Below, piece by piece: positions 52,967 through 62,245 of a stretch of DNA of 64,000 bases. The notes beneath the pieces were generated by a model, which saw only the letters and a list, made by a program, of their open reading frames with translations, made no database searches and was not told the DNA's origin. The translations under genes and the position numbers were made by a program. Position 1 is the stretch's first letter, and each line of letters begins with the position of its first letter. Source of the stretch: Akkermansia muciniphila (GTDB lineage Bacteria > Verrucomicrobiota > Kiritimatiellia > RFP12 > JAAYNR01); NCBI GenBank assembly GCA_945870025.1, contig CAMBQN010000004.1:65017-129016 (forward strand), read 5' to 3'.

Positions 52967-53647
52967 ATGCGCGGAATGTTTATCACCTGTGAAGGGCCCG
53001 AGGGAAGCGGCAAGAGCACGCACAGCCGGCGGCTGGCGGAGCAGTTGCGCGCCTGCGGCCTTTCGGTGCTGCACACGCGGGAACCCGGCGGCACGCCGAC
53101 CGGTGAGGCGGTACGCCTGCTCTTGCAGCACGATGGAGCGGGGGAGTCGCCCGTGGCCACGGCCGAGGTGCTCCTCTTTTGTGCCAGCCGCGCGCAGTTG
53201 ATCGCCCAGGTGATCGCGCCGGCGCTGGAGCGCGGCACGTGGGTGGTGTGTGATCGCTTTACCGATTCGACGCTGGCCTACCAAGGCTACGGCCGCGGGT
53301 TTGATCTGCCGACCCTGCGCGCGTTGAACACGTTCGCCACCGGCGGGCTGGTTCCGGACCTCACGCTGCTGTTCGATGTCGACACGCCACTTGGCTTGAA
53401 ACGCGTCCATGCTCGGACAGCAGCATCGGGCGCTGTTCCAGCCGATCGCTTTGAGCGGGAATCACTGGCCTTCCACGAGAAAATACGAAACGGGTTCCTC
53501 GACCTCGCGGCGAGCGAGCCCAGCCGTTTTCGCGTGTTGGACACCACGCCGGCGGTTGATGCTGTTTTTGCGAACGTCTGGAAGGCGGTGCAGCCCCATC
53601 TGCCCGCTTCAATCACAACCGGAAAGGCGGTCGATCATGCAGGTTGA
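52967..53647 (+). CDS. tmk: Thymidylate kinase
   Basis: FITCEGPEGSGKSTH P-loop, TREPGGTP and DRFTDSTLAYQGYGRG. Confidence 0.92.
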   Translation: MRGMFITCEGPEGSGKSTHSRRLAEQLRACGLSVLHTREPGGTPTGEAVRLLLQHDGAGESPVATAEVLLFCASRAQLIAQVIAPALERGTWVVCDRFTDSTLAYQGYGRGFDLPTLRALNTFATGGLVPDLTLLFDVDTPLGLKRVHARTAASGAVPADRFERESLAFHEKIRNGFLDLAASEPSRFRVLDTTPAVDAVFANVWKAVQPHLPASITTGKAVDHAG

Positions 53648-54623
53648 CGCAGCCTTTGACTGTATGAAGCATGCCTACGAATCCGGACGGATGCCCGGCG
53701 GCCTGATCATCACGGGCGACATCCGCGGGGATGCGGCAGAGCTGGCGACGCGGATTCTGCAAATGCTCTACTGCCAGGAGCCGCAGGCACCGTGCCGCGC
53801 GTGTGCCGGCTGCCTCCGTGTCAGGGATCAAACCGCTTATGACGTCGTCTGGATCGTGCCCGAGAAGAAATCTAGGCAGATCAGCATTGATCAGATGCGC
53901 GATCGATTGCTGGCCGTGATCGGACAAACCTCGTTTGAGGGCGGATGGAAGGCCGGCGTCATTGTCGGCGCTGACCGCATGAGCCCGTCCGCATCCAACG
54001 CATTCCTCAAGACCTTGGAGGAACCGCCGCCACAGACCCTGTTTCTATTGCTCACCGATAGTCCGCAGAACCTCCTGCCAACCATTCTCTCGCGCTGCCA
54101 GCGATTGGATGTGGACCACGATGTCCACACGCTGAACGCCGTCTGGCGCAGCGAACTGTTGCAGATTCTCGCTGCGCCGCTTCCGCCGGGTCCGATATCG
54201 GCACTGGCGACGTCTGCCCAGATAGGCGCTTTGCTGGCGACGATGAAAGAGGAGGCTGAGACCCAGGTCAAGGCTGAGGCCAAAAACGAGGTTGATGTAG
54301 ACGCATCGGGCGATGTAATGAGTGCGCGCATCAGCGCGCGTTACCGGGAACAGCGTCTGGCGCTCCTGATTGCTCTGCAGGACTGGTACCGTGACTTGCT
54401 TGTGATTCGTTCCGGTGGTGCGGCCGATCTGCTGCACTATCCAGAGCAGCAGGAGACCCTGCGCATGCGTGCGGCGGGTCTGACGGGCGGGCAGGCGCTG
54501 GCCAACGTCGCGGCCATTGACGGGATACAGCGCCAATTGGAACGAAACCTCTCGGAAGATTACGTTTTGGCTTATTGGATGGATCGCATTGTTACAGGTG
54601 TTCAAGCGGAGAGACGGGTATGA
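53637..54623 (+). CDS. holB: DNA polymerase III delta-prime subunit
   Basis: Follows tmk, the usual synteny. CRACAGCLRV zinc module, SASNAFLKTLEEPP and LPTILSRCQ. Start at ATG 53637, overlapping the tmk end. Confidence 0.8.
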   Translation: MQVDAAFDCMKHAYESGRMPGGLIITGDIRGDAAELATRILQMLYCQEPQAPCRACAGCLRVRDQTAYDVVWIVPEKKSRQISIDQMRDRLLAVIGQTSFEGGWKAGVIVGADRMSPSASNAFLKTLEEPPPQTLFLLLTDSPQNLLPTILSRCQRLDVDHDVHTLNAVWRSELLQILAAPLPPGPISALATSAQIGALLATMKEEAETQVKAEAKNEVDVDASGDVMSARISARYREQRLALLIALQDWYRDLLVIRSGGAADLLHYPEQQETLRMRAAGLTGGQALANVAAIDGIQRQLERNLSEDYVLAYWMDRIVTGVQAERRV

Positions 54624-55477
54624 CCGGATTGGAAAAAGTGTGTGTCGTGCAGGTCGCCGGAGAAGGCAAGCGGATCTGTCGATTGAGGGCCGACATCGAT
54701 CCCCCCGGCCCGGGCGATACGGTGATCGTGGCGATTGACGACTGCGTGGAAAACGGTGTGATCGTAGACGTCGAGCTGACAGCAGATATGAAATCCGCTA
54801 CATTCCTCCGGATGGCCACAGAGGCCGATCAGAGCCGGATCGAGGCAAATCGGGCGGCGGCCAAAATTGACCTGGGGCGGATCACCGAACGGGTTCGTGC
54901 TGCCGGCATCGCTTTTAAGCCGCTGAATGCCCATTACAGTTTGAACCACGACCGATTCGTGATTCAGTTCGGATGTGAGGAGGAACTGGAAAACAATCGG
55001 ATCATCGCCCTGATCCCGGTTGACATCAAAGCCCGCATCGATTTGAGACCGGTCTGGCCCCGGGAGTTATGCGCTATGATCGGCGGCATCGGGTGCTGCG
55101 GACGCGCGTATTGCTGCTGCACGTGGCAGAACGAGTTTGTTCCGATTAATATAGGCATGGCCAAAATTCAGGGCGTACCGCTTCTGCCGACGAGTCTCAA
55201 CGGTGGGTGCGAACGGATCAAGTGTTGCTTGCGGTTCGAATTTGAGCAATACTGTGACGCGACTAATGCCTTACCGCCTTTGGGCACGGAGGTCGAAGGG
55301 TCCGGTGTGAGGGGCCTGGTTGTCGGGCACGATGTGTTGCGCGGTATCGTGACGGTGCGGACCGGCGATGGTAAGCAACAACGCATACTGGTTGCCGAGT
55401 TGCGCCGCGCTTCGAAGCCGAACAGCGGTTGCGCAAACGGTCCACACGCGGGCCACTGTGCGAGAAAAAAGGAGTAG
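54620..55477 (+). CDS. PSP1-domain protein (RicT/YaaT-like)
   Basis: ATGA overlap with the holB stop. PSP1 C-terminal block with a Cys-rich patch (GGIGCCGRAYCCCTWQNEF...GGCERIKCCLRFE). The tmk-holB-yaaT order is conserved in many bacteria. Confidence 0.8.
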   Translation: MTGLEKVCVVQVAGEGKRICRLRADIDPPGPGDTVIVAIDDCVENGVIVDVELTADMKSATFLRMATEADQSRIEANRAAAKIDLGRITERVRAAGIAFKPLNAHYSLNHDRFVIQFGCEEELENNRIIALIPVDIKARIDLRPVWPRELCAMIGGIGCCGRAYCCCTWQNEFVPINIGMAKIQGVPLLPTSLNGGCERIKCCLRFEFEQYCDATNALPPLGTEVEGSGVRGLVVGHDVLRGIVTVRTGDGKQQRILVAELRRASKPNSGCANGPHAGHCARKKE

Positions 55478-55484
55478 GGGAGCC

Positions 55485-55931
55485 ATGAACGTGCGCATAC
55501 GAATCGTAAGCGGGCCTAATCTGGCCTTGCTGGGAACGCGGGAACCCGGGATTTATGGCCGGGAGACACTCGATGACATCGTGCGGGCGGTGACCCATCA
55601 TGCCGCTGCAGCGGGCGCTTCGGTCGAGCATTTCCAGAGCGATGTCGAGGGGGATCTGGTTCGGCACATCGGGTCGAGCCGCGGGATGTGCGATGGCCTC
55701 ATCATCAATCCAGCCGCCTATACGCACACCAGCGTGGCCGTGCGCGATGCGATCAGCGCATGCGGTCTGCCCTGCGTCGAAGTCCATTTGTCCAACACAC
55801 ACAGTCGCGAGCCGTTTCGTCATGAGAGTCTGACGGTTCCGGTTTGCATCGGCCAGATCATGGGATTTGGTGGCTACGGGTATATTCTCGCCTTCGATGC
55901 AATCGCTCATTATCTCAATCAGAAAAGGTAA
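55485..55931 (+). CDS. aroQ: Type II 3-dehydroquinate dehydratase
   Basis: GPNLALLGTREPGIYG, IINPAAYTHTSVA and VEVHLSNTHSREPFRH. Confidence 0.93.
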   Translation: MNVRIRIVSGPNLALLGTREPGIYGRETLDDIVRAVTHHAAAAGASVEHFQSDVEGDLVRHIGSSRGMCDGLIINPAAYTHTSVAVRDAISACGLPCVEVHLSNTHSREPFRHESLTVPVCIGQIMGFGGYGYILAFDAIAHYLNQKR

Positions 55932-55938
55932 GGTCGCT

Positions 55939-56889
55939 ATGAACGATGGGGTGACGAAGGCGGGCACGGGCAGCACAAAGAATTCGGTCGACATCTGGGT
56001 GGTCGGTTCGATCGGGATTGACGATATTGCCACACCACGGGAGGCGCGCAAGGATGTTTTGGGTGGCTCGGTGACCTACGCCTGTGCTGCGGCATCATTC
56101 TTCGCACGTGTCGGCGCGGTAGGTATTGTCGGCTCGGATTTTCCCGAAGCGTTTATGGCGCGATATCGCTCTTTTGGTATCGATTTGGCCGGTTTGCAGC
56201 GCGCGCCAGGCCCGACCTTCCGTTGGAGCGGGGAGTATGAGACGGACTTCATCAATCGCCGGACGATCCGAACGGAGCTGGGTGTTTTTGCCGACTTCAA
56301 GCCGGAGTTGCCGGAAGCCTTTCGGGGAACGCCGTATGTGCTGTTGGGCAACATCGGTCCGGAGCTTCAGGAGCATGTTTTGAATCAGGCCAGCGGGGCT
56401 CGTTTCGTCATTGCCGACACGATGGATTTGTGGATCAACATTGCGAGAGAAGCGCTGCATCGCGTGATCAAGCGGGTGGATCTGCTGATGCTCAACGACG
56501 GCGAAGCGCGGTTGTTGACGGGCCTGCACAACCTGAGGGATTGCGCTGCGGCAATTCTGTCGATGGGGCCACGTTACGTGGTAATCAAGAAGGGCGAGCA
56601 CGGAGCGCACCTGTTTTCCAAGGATGGTCTGGCGATCATTCCGGCCTATCCGGTTGATGCGGTGACCGATCCGACCGGTGCAGGCGACACCTTTGCGGGC
56701 GGATTTCTCGGCTTTCTGGCCCGTTCCGGGCGAACCGACGAGGCAGCCATCCGAACTGCGTTGCTTTATGGTGCGACAGTGGCGTCGTTTGGAGTTGAAG
56801 CGTTCAGCTTGGAACGGCTGGAGCGACTGACCATGGCTGAGATCGAAGCGCGGCTTGTCGATTTGCGTAAAATGATGACGATCCGTTGA
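55939..56889 (+). CDS. PfkB-family carbohydrate/nucleoside kinase
   Basis: GGSVTYACAA near the N-terminus and the C-terminal DPTGAGDTFAGGFLGFL ATP/anion-hole motif. Confidence 0.85.
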   Translation: MNDGVTKAGTGSTKNSVDIWVVGSIGIDDIATPREARKDVLGGSVTYACAAASFFARVGAVGIVGSDFPEAFMARYRSFGIDLAGLQRAPGPTFRWSGEYETDFINRRTIRTELGVFADFKPELPEAFRGTPYVLLGNIGPELQEHVLNQASGARFVIADTMDLWINIAREALHRVIKRVDLLMLNDGEARLLTGLHNLRDCAAAILSMGPRYVVIKKGEHGAHLFSKDGLAIIPAYPVDAVTDPTGAGDTFAGGFLGFLARSGRTDEAAIRTALLYGATVASFGVEAFSLERLERLTMAEIEARLVDLRKMMTIR

Positions 56890-56989
56890 TGCCCGTCGTT
56901 TTCGTTAAAATAGGCAAACGAACCACGCGCGAGTTTACATAACATATATTATGCGACGTTTGAGATAGGCTTCCGCGTCATTCGTCGTC

Positions 56990-57955
56990 TTACAGCCTAT
57001 TCAGCGTCCGTATCATCGCAGCTCGCGACGCCACCGGCATGGATTTCCATCCCAGCACGGATTTGATCTTTTGGTTTGAGACCACGTAGGATTCGGTCAG
57101 CTTCCGGAGTTGCTCGCTGTTGATCGGCAGCCGCAGTGCGTCGCCAATTCGCGCCGCTAGTCTAATCCATCCAGCCGGCACCCTCCAGATACGCGCGGGT
57201 TTGCCCAACGTATCGGCCATCAGGGTGATCAGCTCGTTGGTCGAGAGGGTCTCGTCATCAGCCACCTGATAGATCCCGGACACCGCATTTCCGGTCAGCA
57301 GTCCATCGACCACCGCGCAGACGTTGACGATCGAGGCGAACGAGCGCTGGTTGTCGAACGCGCCCAGCGGCCATGGCGTCCCTTTTCGAACGAGCGTGTA
57401 CAGCAGATTGAGATTCCCCTTGTTTCCCGGGCCGTGAATCATGCAGGGGCGCAGGATCACGCCGCACAGGGCCTCGGGCCGCGCGACGGCGGCCTCCAGG
57501 ACAATCCGTTCCGCTTCCAGCTTGCTCTTTCCGTAGGGCGTTTGCGGGGCAGGCACCGCGTCTTCCGTGAGCACGCCGTCAACCGCATCGGCGCACGCCT
57601 TGACGGAACTGAACAGAATGAACCGGATCGGGCGCGGCGGTGCGGCGTCCGCGATCCGCCGTACGATTCTATCGGTCAGCCCCGCGTTGATGTCGAAATA
57701 GCTTTGGGCGTCGACTGTGCGCTGGGTGTCATGCGCTTTTCCGGCCAAATGCAACACCGCATCAATCTCACCCCACGGCACCCGCTCCAGATCGTCCCAC
57801 GTAAACATCCGCGCATACGCGCCACCGGATGCGGGAGAAGCCCCGGCCACATCCAGTGCCCAGACTCCCCTACCCCGCTCCGCAAGATAGGCCGACAGGT
57901 TGGTCCCCACAAAACCAAACGCCCCCGTTATCAGCACATGTCCCATTAGATTCAC
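56990..57955 (-). CDS. NAD-dependent epimerase/dehydratase (extended SDR)
   Basis: Rossmann motif ITGAFGFVGTNL and catalytic YGKSK. Confidence 0.85.
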   Translation of the reverse strand: MNLMGHVLITGAFGFVGTNLSAYLAERGRGVWALDVAGASPASGGAYARMFTWDDLERVPWGEIDAVLHLAGKAHDTQRTVDAQSYFDINAGLTDRIVRRIADAAPPRPIRFILFSSVKACADAVDGVLTEDAVPAPQTPYGKSKLEAERIVLEAAVARPEALCGVILRPCMIHGPGNKGNLNLLYTLVRKGTPWPLGAFDNQRSFASIVNVCAVVDGLLTGNAVSGIYQVADDETLSTNELITLMADTLGKPARIWRVPAGWIRLAARIGDALRLPINSEQLRKLTESYVVSNQKIKSVLGWKSMPVASRAAMIRTLNRL

Positions 57956-58026
57956 ACTAGAGGCTCTGGCAACCCTTCATTTTTTGCGCAACGACCTGCC
58001 GCACTCCAAACGAATGCCGTAAGTAT

Positions 58027-58048
58027 TGCACGTTCCTGCGAACGTGCA
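58027..58048. promoter_or_regulatory. Perfect palindrome TGCACGTTC-CTGC-GAACGTGCA in a divergent AT-rich promoter region (candidate operator)
   Basis: 9-bp arms with a 4-bp spacer, read directly. It lies between the epimerase (minus, start 57955) and ORF 58216 (plus). Confidence 0.4.
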
Positions 58049-58215
58049 TAGTCCAAAAAAACAAGATGTATCTAATTGCTCAGCAACAAGCTACAACTAC
58101 ATTAAATGAAAAAGTGTCGATAGACAATCGCTTTGGAATGTGCGATACTGTTTGTGCTCGTTTTGCAACAGCCTCGCTTATCCATTGATTTAACCGAGAT
58201 CACGAGGGAATACTC

Positions 58216-59454
58216 ATGACCATCCATGATCGAACGCTCATCCGACGTCTGGCGGCAGAAGTCGCCGAAATTGCCGCTTTGCCCATTCATGAACAGAAGC
58301 GTGCGATGTGGCGCCGCCTCAACAACAAGCATCCCGATCGGCCCATGGTCATGATTGACCAGGTGTGTTGGAACGAAATGAACGTGGATGAAGAACTGAC
58401 GTTGCGATGCAAGGACGCGGAATGCCGTCATTATGAGGGACACCTGCGGCAGATTCTCTACCAATGGCGACACTTCCGCGTGGACATGGTGGTCGATCCG
58501 TTCATCCGCGTTTCCAAGGCGGTGTCTCATTCCGGTCTCGGCGTGGGGACGATTGATGCGGAAATCGCCATCACCGATCCGACCAATTCCGTGGTCGGGC
58601 ACCGTTTCACCAATCAGTTTGAGACCGATGCGGATCTGGATAAAATCCGGAATCCAGTCGTGGCGTATGACGCACAGGAGACCGCCCGCCGCCTGGAGGC
58701 CGCACATGCCCTTTTCGACGGCGTTCTGGATGTGGTTGAAGTCGGATACGATCCGTCCTATCTCACGGTGTGGGATCCGATCAGCTTCTGGATGGGCGTC
58801 GAGGGGGCGCTGTTTGCGCTGATCGACCGGCCGGAATTCATGGCCGAGATGGTGCGCCGCGTGGTCAACGGATATCTCAGCATGCTCGATCAGATGGAAG
58901 CATTGGGGGTGTTGTGCGGCCCCCAGCCCACGGTTCATTGCACGGGTGCCTATACGGACGACCTGCCCGCCCCGGGATTCGACCCCGCCCATCCCCGCAC
59001 ACGGGATCTTTGGATGTTCAGCATGGCGCAAATGTTTTCCACCGTCTCGCCGGCGATGCTCCAGGAATTTGAGATCGACCCGTGCATGCCGCTCTTCCAA
59101 CGGTTCGGGCTGGTTTATTACGGCTGCTGCGAGCCGCTCGACCTCAAGCTGGACGCCGTGCGGAAAATACCTAATCTGCGGAAGATATCCATGAGCCCGT
59201 GGGTCGATGAGGAACGCGGAGCGGCCGGAATCGGACGTGACTACGTCTATTCGCGCAAGCCCAACCCCGCGCTGCTCGCGTGGCCCTCCTTCAGTGAGCA
59301 GGCGATCCGCGAGCACCTACAAGCGTCCGTGGACGCCTGCGCCCGCCATGGTTGTCCGCTTGAGCTGATTCTCAAGGATGTCAGCACCGTGAAGTACGAG
59401 CCCCGCCGCCTGTGGCGCTGGGCCGAAATCGCCATGGACGTTGTTGGGCATTAG
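58216..59454 (+). CDS. Hypothetical 412-aa protein (possibly a URO-D/MtaA-like TIM-barrel; weak call)
   Basis: Normal amino-acid composition, unlike the His/Arg-rich antisense ORF 58102..59316. The C-terminal YYGCCEPLD...KISMSPW resembles uroporphyrinogen-decarboxylase-like proteins, but I cannot confirm this. Confidence 0.55.
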   Translation: MTIHDRTLIRRLAAEVAEIAALPIHEQKRAMWRRLNNKHPDRPMVMIDQVCWNEMNVDEELTLRCKDAECRHYEGHLRQILYQWRHFRVDMVVDPFIRVSKAVSHSGLGVGTIDAEIAITDPTNSVVGHRFTNQFETDADLDKIRNPVVAYDAQETARRLEAAHALFDGVLDVVEVGYDPSYLTVWDPISFWMGVEGALFALIDRPEFMAEMVRRVVNGYLSMLDQMEALGVLCGPQPTVHCTGAYTDDLPAPGFDPAHPRTRDLWMFSMAQMFSTVSPAMLQEFEIDPCMPLFQRFGLVYYGCCEPLDLKLDAVRKIPNLRKISMSPWVDEERGAAGIGRDYVYSRKPNPALLAWPSFSEQAIREHLQASVDACARHGCPLELILKDVSTVKYEPRRLWRWAEIAMDVVGH

Positions 59455-59462
59455 CATTCGCC

Positions 59463-60374
59463 ATGCATATCCACCGTACAACAGCCGCCGACCTCATCGC
59501 CCTTCGTCCCGCCCATGACGCATTCGTGGGCGTGGATTCCGACGGGTGCGTTTTCGACACCATGGACGTGAAACAGAAAGCCCATTTTCACCCGCTTATC
59601 TGCACGTTCTGGGGGCTGGAACGCATCGAGACGCAGGTGCGCGCCGCCGCCGAGTTCGTGAATATCGCATCCAAAACGCGCGGTCAGAACCGCTTTACCA
59701 ATCTCCTGCTGACCTTTGAGATGCTCGAAACGTGGGATGTCGTCCGAGCATCCGGCGTGCCGCTGCCGCGCACCGATGCGCTGCGAGCGTACTGCCAGTC
59801 GGGGCTGCCGCTCGGTAACCCGTCGCTGCAAGCCGAGGTTGCCCGTAGCGGCGACCCGGACCTAAAGCGCGTGCTGGAATGGAGCCTCGCGGTCAACGTC
59901 GACATTGACACCCGGATGCGGCCCACGCCGCCTTTCCCGTGGGCGCTCAAGAGCCTGGAGCGAATGGCAAGCGACTGTGACGCCATTGTGGTTTCGCAAA
60001 CCCCGGAAGAGGCTCTGCTCAAGGAATGGCATCATCATGGCATCGCCCATCGGGTCGCCGCCATCGCCGGGCAGGAGGTCGGCTCCAAGGCCCACCAGAT
60101 CCGGCTCGCCACCGACGGCCGCTACAGGCCCGGCCGCGTGCTCCTGATCGGTGACGCGCCGGGCGACCTCGCGGCGGCCACGGATGCGGACGTCCTCTTT
60201 TATCCGATCCTCCCCGGCCGCGAGGACGCCTCCTGGCACCGGTTCCACGACGAGTCCTTCGACCGCTTCCTCGCCGAAACCTATGCCGGCGCCTATGCCG
60301 AGGATCTCACCCGCGCCTTCCTCGACGCCCTGCCCGACACGCCGCCCTGGCTGACCCCGGCATCGCGCTCCTGA
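59463..60374 (+). CDS. HAD-superfamily hydrolase
   Basis: Motif I VGVDSDGCVFDT (DxD) and motif IV LLIGDAPGDLAAA. Start at ATG 59463. Confidence 0.7.
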   Translation: MHIHRTTAADLIALRPAHDAFVGVDSDGCVFDTMDVKQKAHFHPLICTFWGLERIETQVRAAAEFVNIASKTRGQNRFTNLLLTFEMLETWDVVRASGVPLPRTDALRAYCQSGLPLGNPSLQAEVARSGDPDLKRVLEWSLAVNVDIDTRMRPTPPFPWALKSLERMASDCDAIVVSQTPEEALLKEWHHHGIAHRVAAIAGQEVGSKAHQIRLATDGRYRPGRVLLIGDAPGDLAAATDADVLFYPILPGREDASWHRFHDESFDRFLAETYAGAYAEDLTRAFLDALPDTPPWLTPASRS

Positions 60375-60390
60375 GCGAAGCGAATGAGAA

Positions 60391-61143
60391 TTACTCCTCC
60401 CAGACGCCGTCAGCTTCCATCTGCTGTCGCAGGTTCTGCTTCATCGTGGGCCGATGGCCGAAGAGAAGCGAGCCGATGCGAATCCACGTCGCGCCTTCTC
60501 GAACAGCCGCTTCAAAGTCGTTGGACATGCCCATAGACAGATGGGGCAGGCCGATCCCAAAATCACGCGTCAGCCGGTCGCGCAACTCGCGCAGCCGGGA
60601 AAAAAACGGGCGCGTCTGTTCGGGATCAGGACAGAACGGCGCGAGCGTCATCAATCCGACCAACGTCAGCGCGCGGCACGCCAGCGCCCGCTCCACCACC
60701 TGCGGCACATCCTCGGGCTTGATGCCGAACTTGCTCGCCTCGCCCGAGACATTCACCTCGAGCAGGATGTCGGCACGCACACCCGACTCATCGGCGGCCT
60801 CGTCAAGCTGTTCGACGAGCCGTGTCGAGTCGATCGAGTGGATGGTCGAAAAGAACCCCAGCGCCGGACGGATCTTGTTTCGCTGAAGATGGCCGATCAG
60901 GTGCCAGTCGGGGCCTGTGACGCACTGAGGGATCTTGAAGGCCGCCTCCTGCACGCGGTTCTCGCCGAAACGGCGAATGCCGGCCTCCCACGCCTCGGCG
61001 ATCACCTCGGGGCCGAACGTTTTGGTGACCCCGATCACCTCGACCTCGTCCGGGCTGCGGCCCGACTGTTCGCAAGCGCGCGCAATCCGTTCCCGGATCT
61101 GCTCCAGAATCGTTGCGACGCTGTCTGCTGTGTTTCTGTCCAT
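60391..61143 (-). CDS. yggS: YggS-family pyridoxal-phosphate homeostasis protein
   Basis: VIGVTKTF (PLP lysine), FGENRVQE, WHLIGHLQRNK, LSMGMSNDF. Confidence 0.9.
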   Translation of the reverse strand: MDRNTADSVATILEQIRERIARACEQSGRSPDEVEVIGVTKTFGPEVIAEAWEAGIRRFGENRVQEAAFKIPQCVTGPDWHLIGHLQRNKIRPALGFFSTIHSIDSTRLVEQLDEAADESGVRADILLEVNVSGEASKFGIKPEDVPQVVERALACRALTLVGLMTLAPFCPDPEQTRPFFSRLRELRDRLTRDFGIGLPHLSMGMSNDFEAAVREGATWIRIGSLLFGHRPTMKQNLRQQMEADGVWEE

Positions 61144-61147
61144 ACGC

Positions 61148-61747
61148 TTACGCCACCTCCTGCCGTCCCCCGAGCGCCCGCTTCAGGGTGAGCGGGTCGG
61201 AATAGCCGACACCGCTGTCGGCGGGCAAGCCGAACGCCAGGCGCGTCACCCGCACGCCGCGGGCGCGAAGCCGTTCGGCCAGATAGCCAGCGGTGGTGTC
61301 GCCATCGAGATCGGTGCTGAGGGCTAGAACCACTTCGCGCACCCCCTCGGCCTGAACACGGTCCAGGAGCGTCTGAATGCGGAGTTCCGCCGGACCGGTC
61401 ATCCGCGCTGGCGAGAGCTTGCCCAGCAGCGCGTGGTAGCGACCGCGAAAGCCGCCGGATCGCTCGATCGCCAGAATGTCGCCCGGTTCTTCGATCACGC
61501 AGAGGATTTCAGAATCCCGACCCGAACCCGTGCAGAGTGCGCACGGATTGGCGGCGGTGGTGGTGAATCCGCCACAGACATCGCAGCAGCGCACCTGTTC
61601 ACGGGCTGCCGCCAGCGCGGCGCTCAGCTCGTCGAGCAAATGTTCTGGCCGACGGACGAGCGCCAGAGCCGCCCGCTCAGCCGAGCGGCGCCCAAGTCCC
61701 GGCAGGCGCGACAGACTCCGCACCAGATTGTCCAACGGACCGATCAT
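61148..61747 (-). CDS. recR: Recombination protein RecR
   Basis: LSRLPGLGRRSAERAAL (HhH), C4 zinc finger CDVCGGFT...CALC and the Toprim segment ILCVIEEPGDILAIE. Start at MIGPLDN (61747). Confidence 0.93.
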   Translation of the reverse strand: MIGPLDNLVRSLSRLPGLGRRSAERAALALVRRPEHLLDELSAALAAAREQVRCCDVCGGFTTTAANPCALCTGSGRDSEILCVIEEPGDILAIERSGGFRGRYHALLGKLSPARMTGPAELRIQTLLDRVQAEGVREVVLALSTDLDGDTTAGYLAERLRARGVRVTRLAFGLPADSGVGYSDPLTLKRALGGRQEVA

Positions 61748-61752
61748 GGCGT

Positions 61753-62079
61753 TCAGCCCAAGCCCCCGAACATGCCAGCCATGCTCGAATCCTTCATCAG
61801 TTTTCCCATCGCCTCCTGGGTCTGCTTGCGCACCCCTTTGAGTGCTGCGTTGACCACGGTGTGGAGCATGGTCTCGAAGCGATCCGGCTTGCCGGCAACC
61901 ACTTCCTTCAGCGCCTCCGGGGCGATTTTGATCGAGATAATTGAGAAGTCGCCGCGCGCCACGCACGAGATTCCGGCGTTGGTGTATTCAAAGGTTATCT
62001 TTTCAACTTCCGATTGAAGGCGCTTGGCCTCCTTGCGCATCTGCATCGCCTGCTTGACCTGATCGAACATATTGGCCAT
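61753..62079 (-). CDS. ybaB: Nucleoid-associated protein YbaB/EbfC
   Basis: 108 aa, MANMFDQVKQAMQMRKEAKRLQSEVEKI.... Sits immediately upstream of recR, as is usual. Confidence 0.9.
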   Translation of the reverse strand: MANMFDQVKQAMQMRKEAKRLQSEVEKITFEYTNAGISCVARGDFSIISIKIAPEALKEVVAGKPDRFETMLHTVVNAALKGVRKQTQEAMGKLMKDSSMAGMFGGLG

Positions 62080-62245
62080 GAGAATCCTCTTCTAGTGGTT
62101 CGTGAATAGTCGCCCCCAAGGGGTCGTCCGGTAATGGACGGGGGGAAGCATACACAACGCGCGGATAAATTGCAATTCCTACGCTTGTTTTCCAGACGGA
62201 TTATCGGTATGATCATCTCCGTACTGCATCCGGATTGCGTTCTGC

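Noticed and set aside
51536-53410. Minus-strand ORFs 51536..52456 and 52514..53410
   Set aside because: Antisense to cysS and tmk.
58102-59316. 404-aa minus-strand ORF
   Set aside because: His/Arg/Gly-rich shadow of the +strand ORF 58216..59454, which has normal composition and sits behind a plausible AT-rich promoter.
62100-62165. SRP (4.5S) RNA-like stretch upstream of ybaB: CCAAGGGGUCGUCC-GGUAAU-GGACGGGGGGAAGCA
   Set aside because: It loosely resembles the helix-8 region (…GGUCC GGAA GGAAGCA…), and ffs often neighbours the dnaX-ybaB-recR cluster. However, the loop is a hexaloop, the flanking helices needed to close a 4.5S RNA are not evident, and I cannot run a covariance model. It needs Rfam cmscan before any call.
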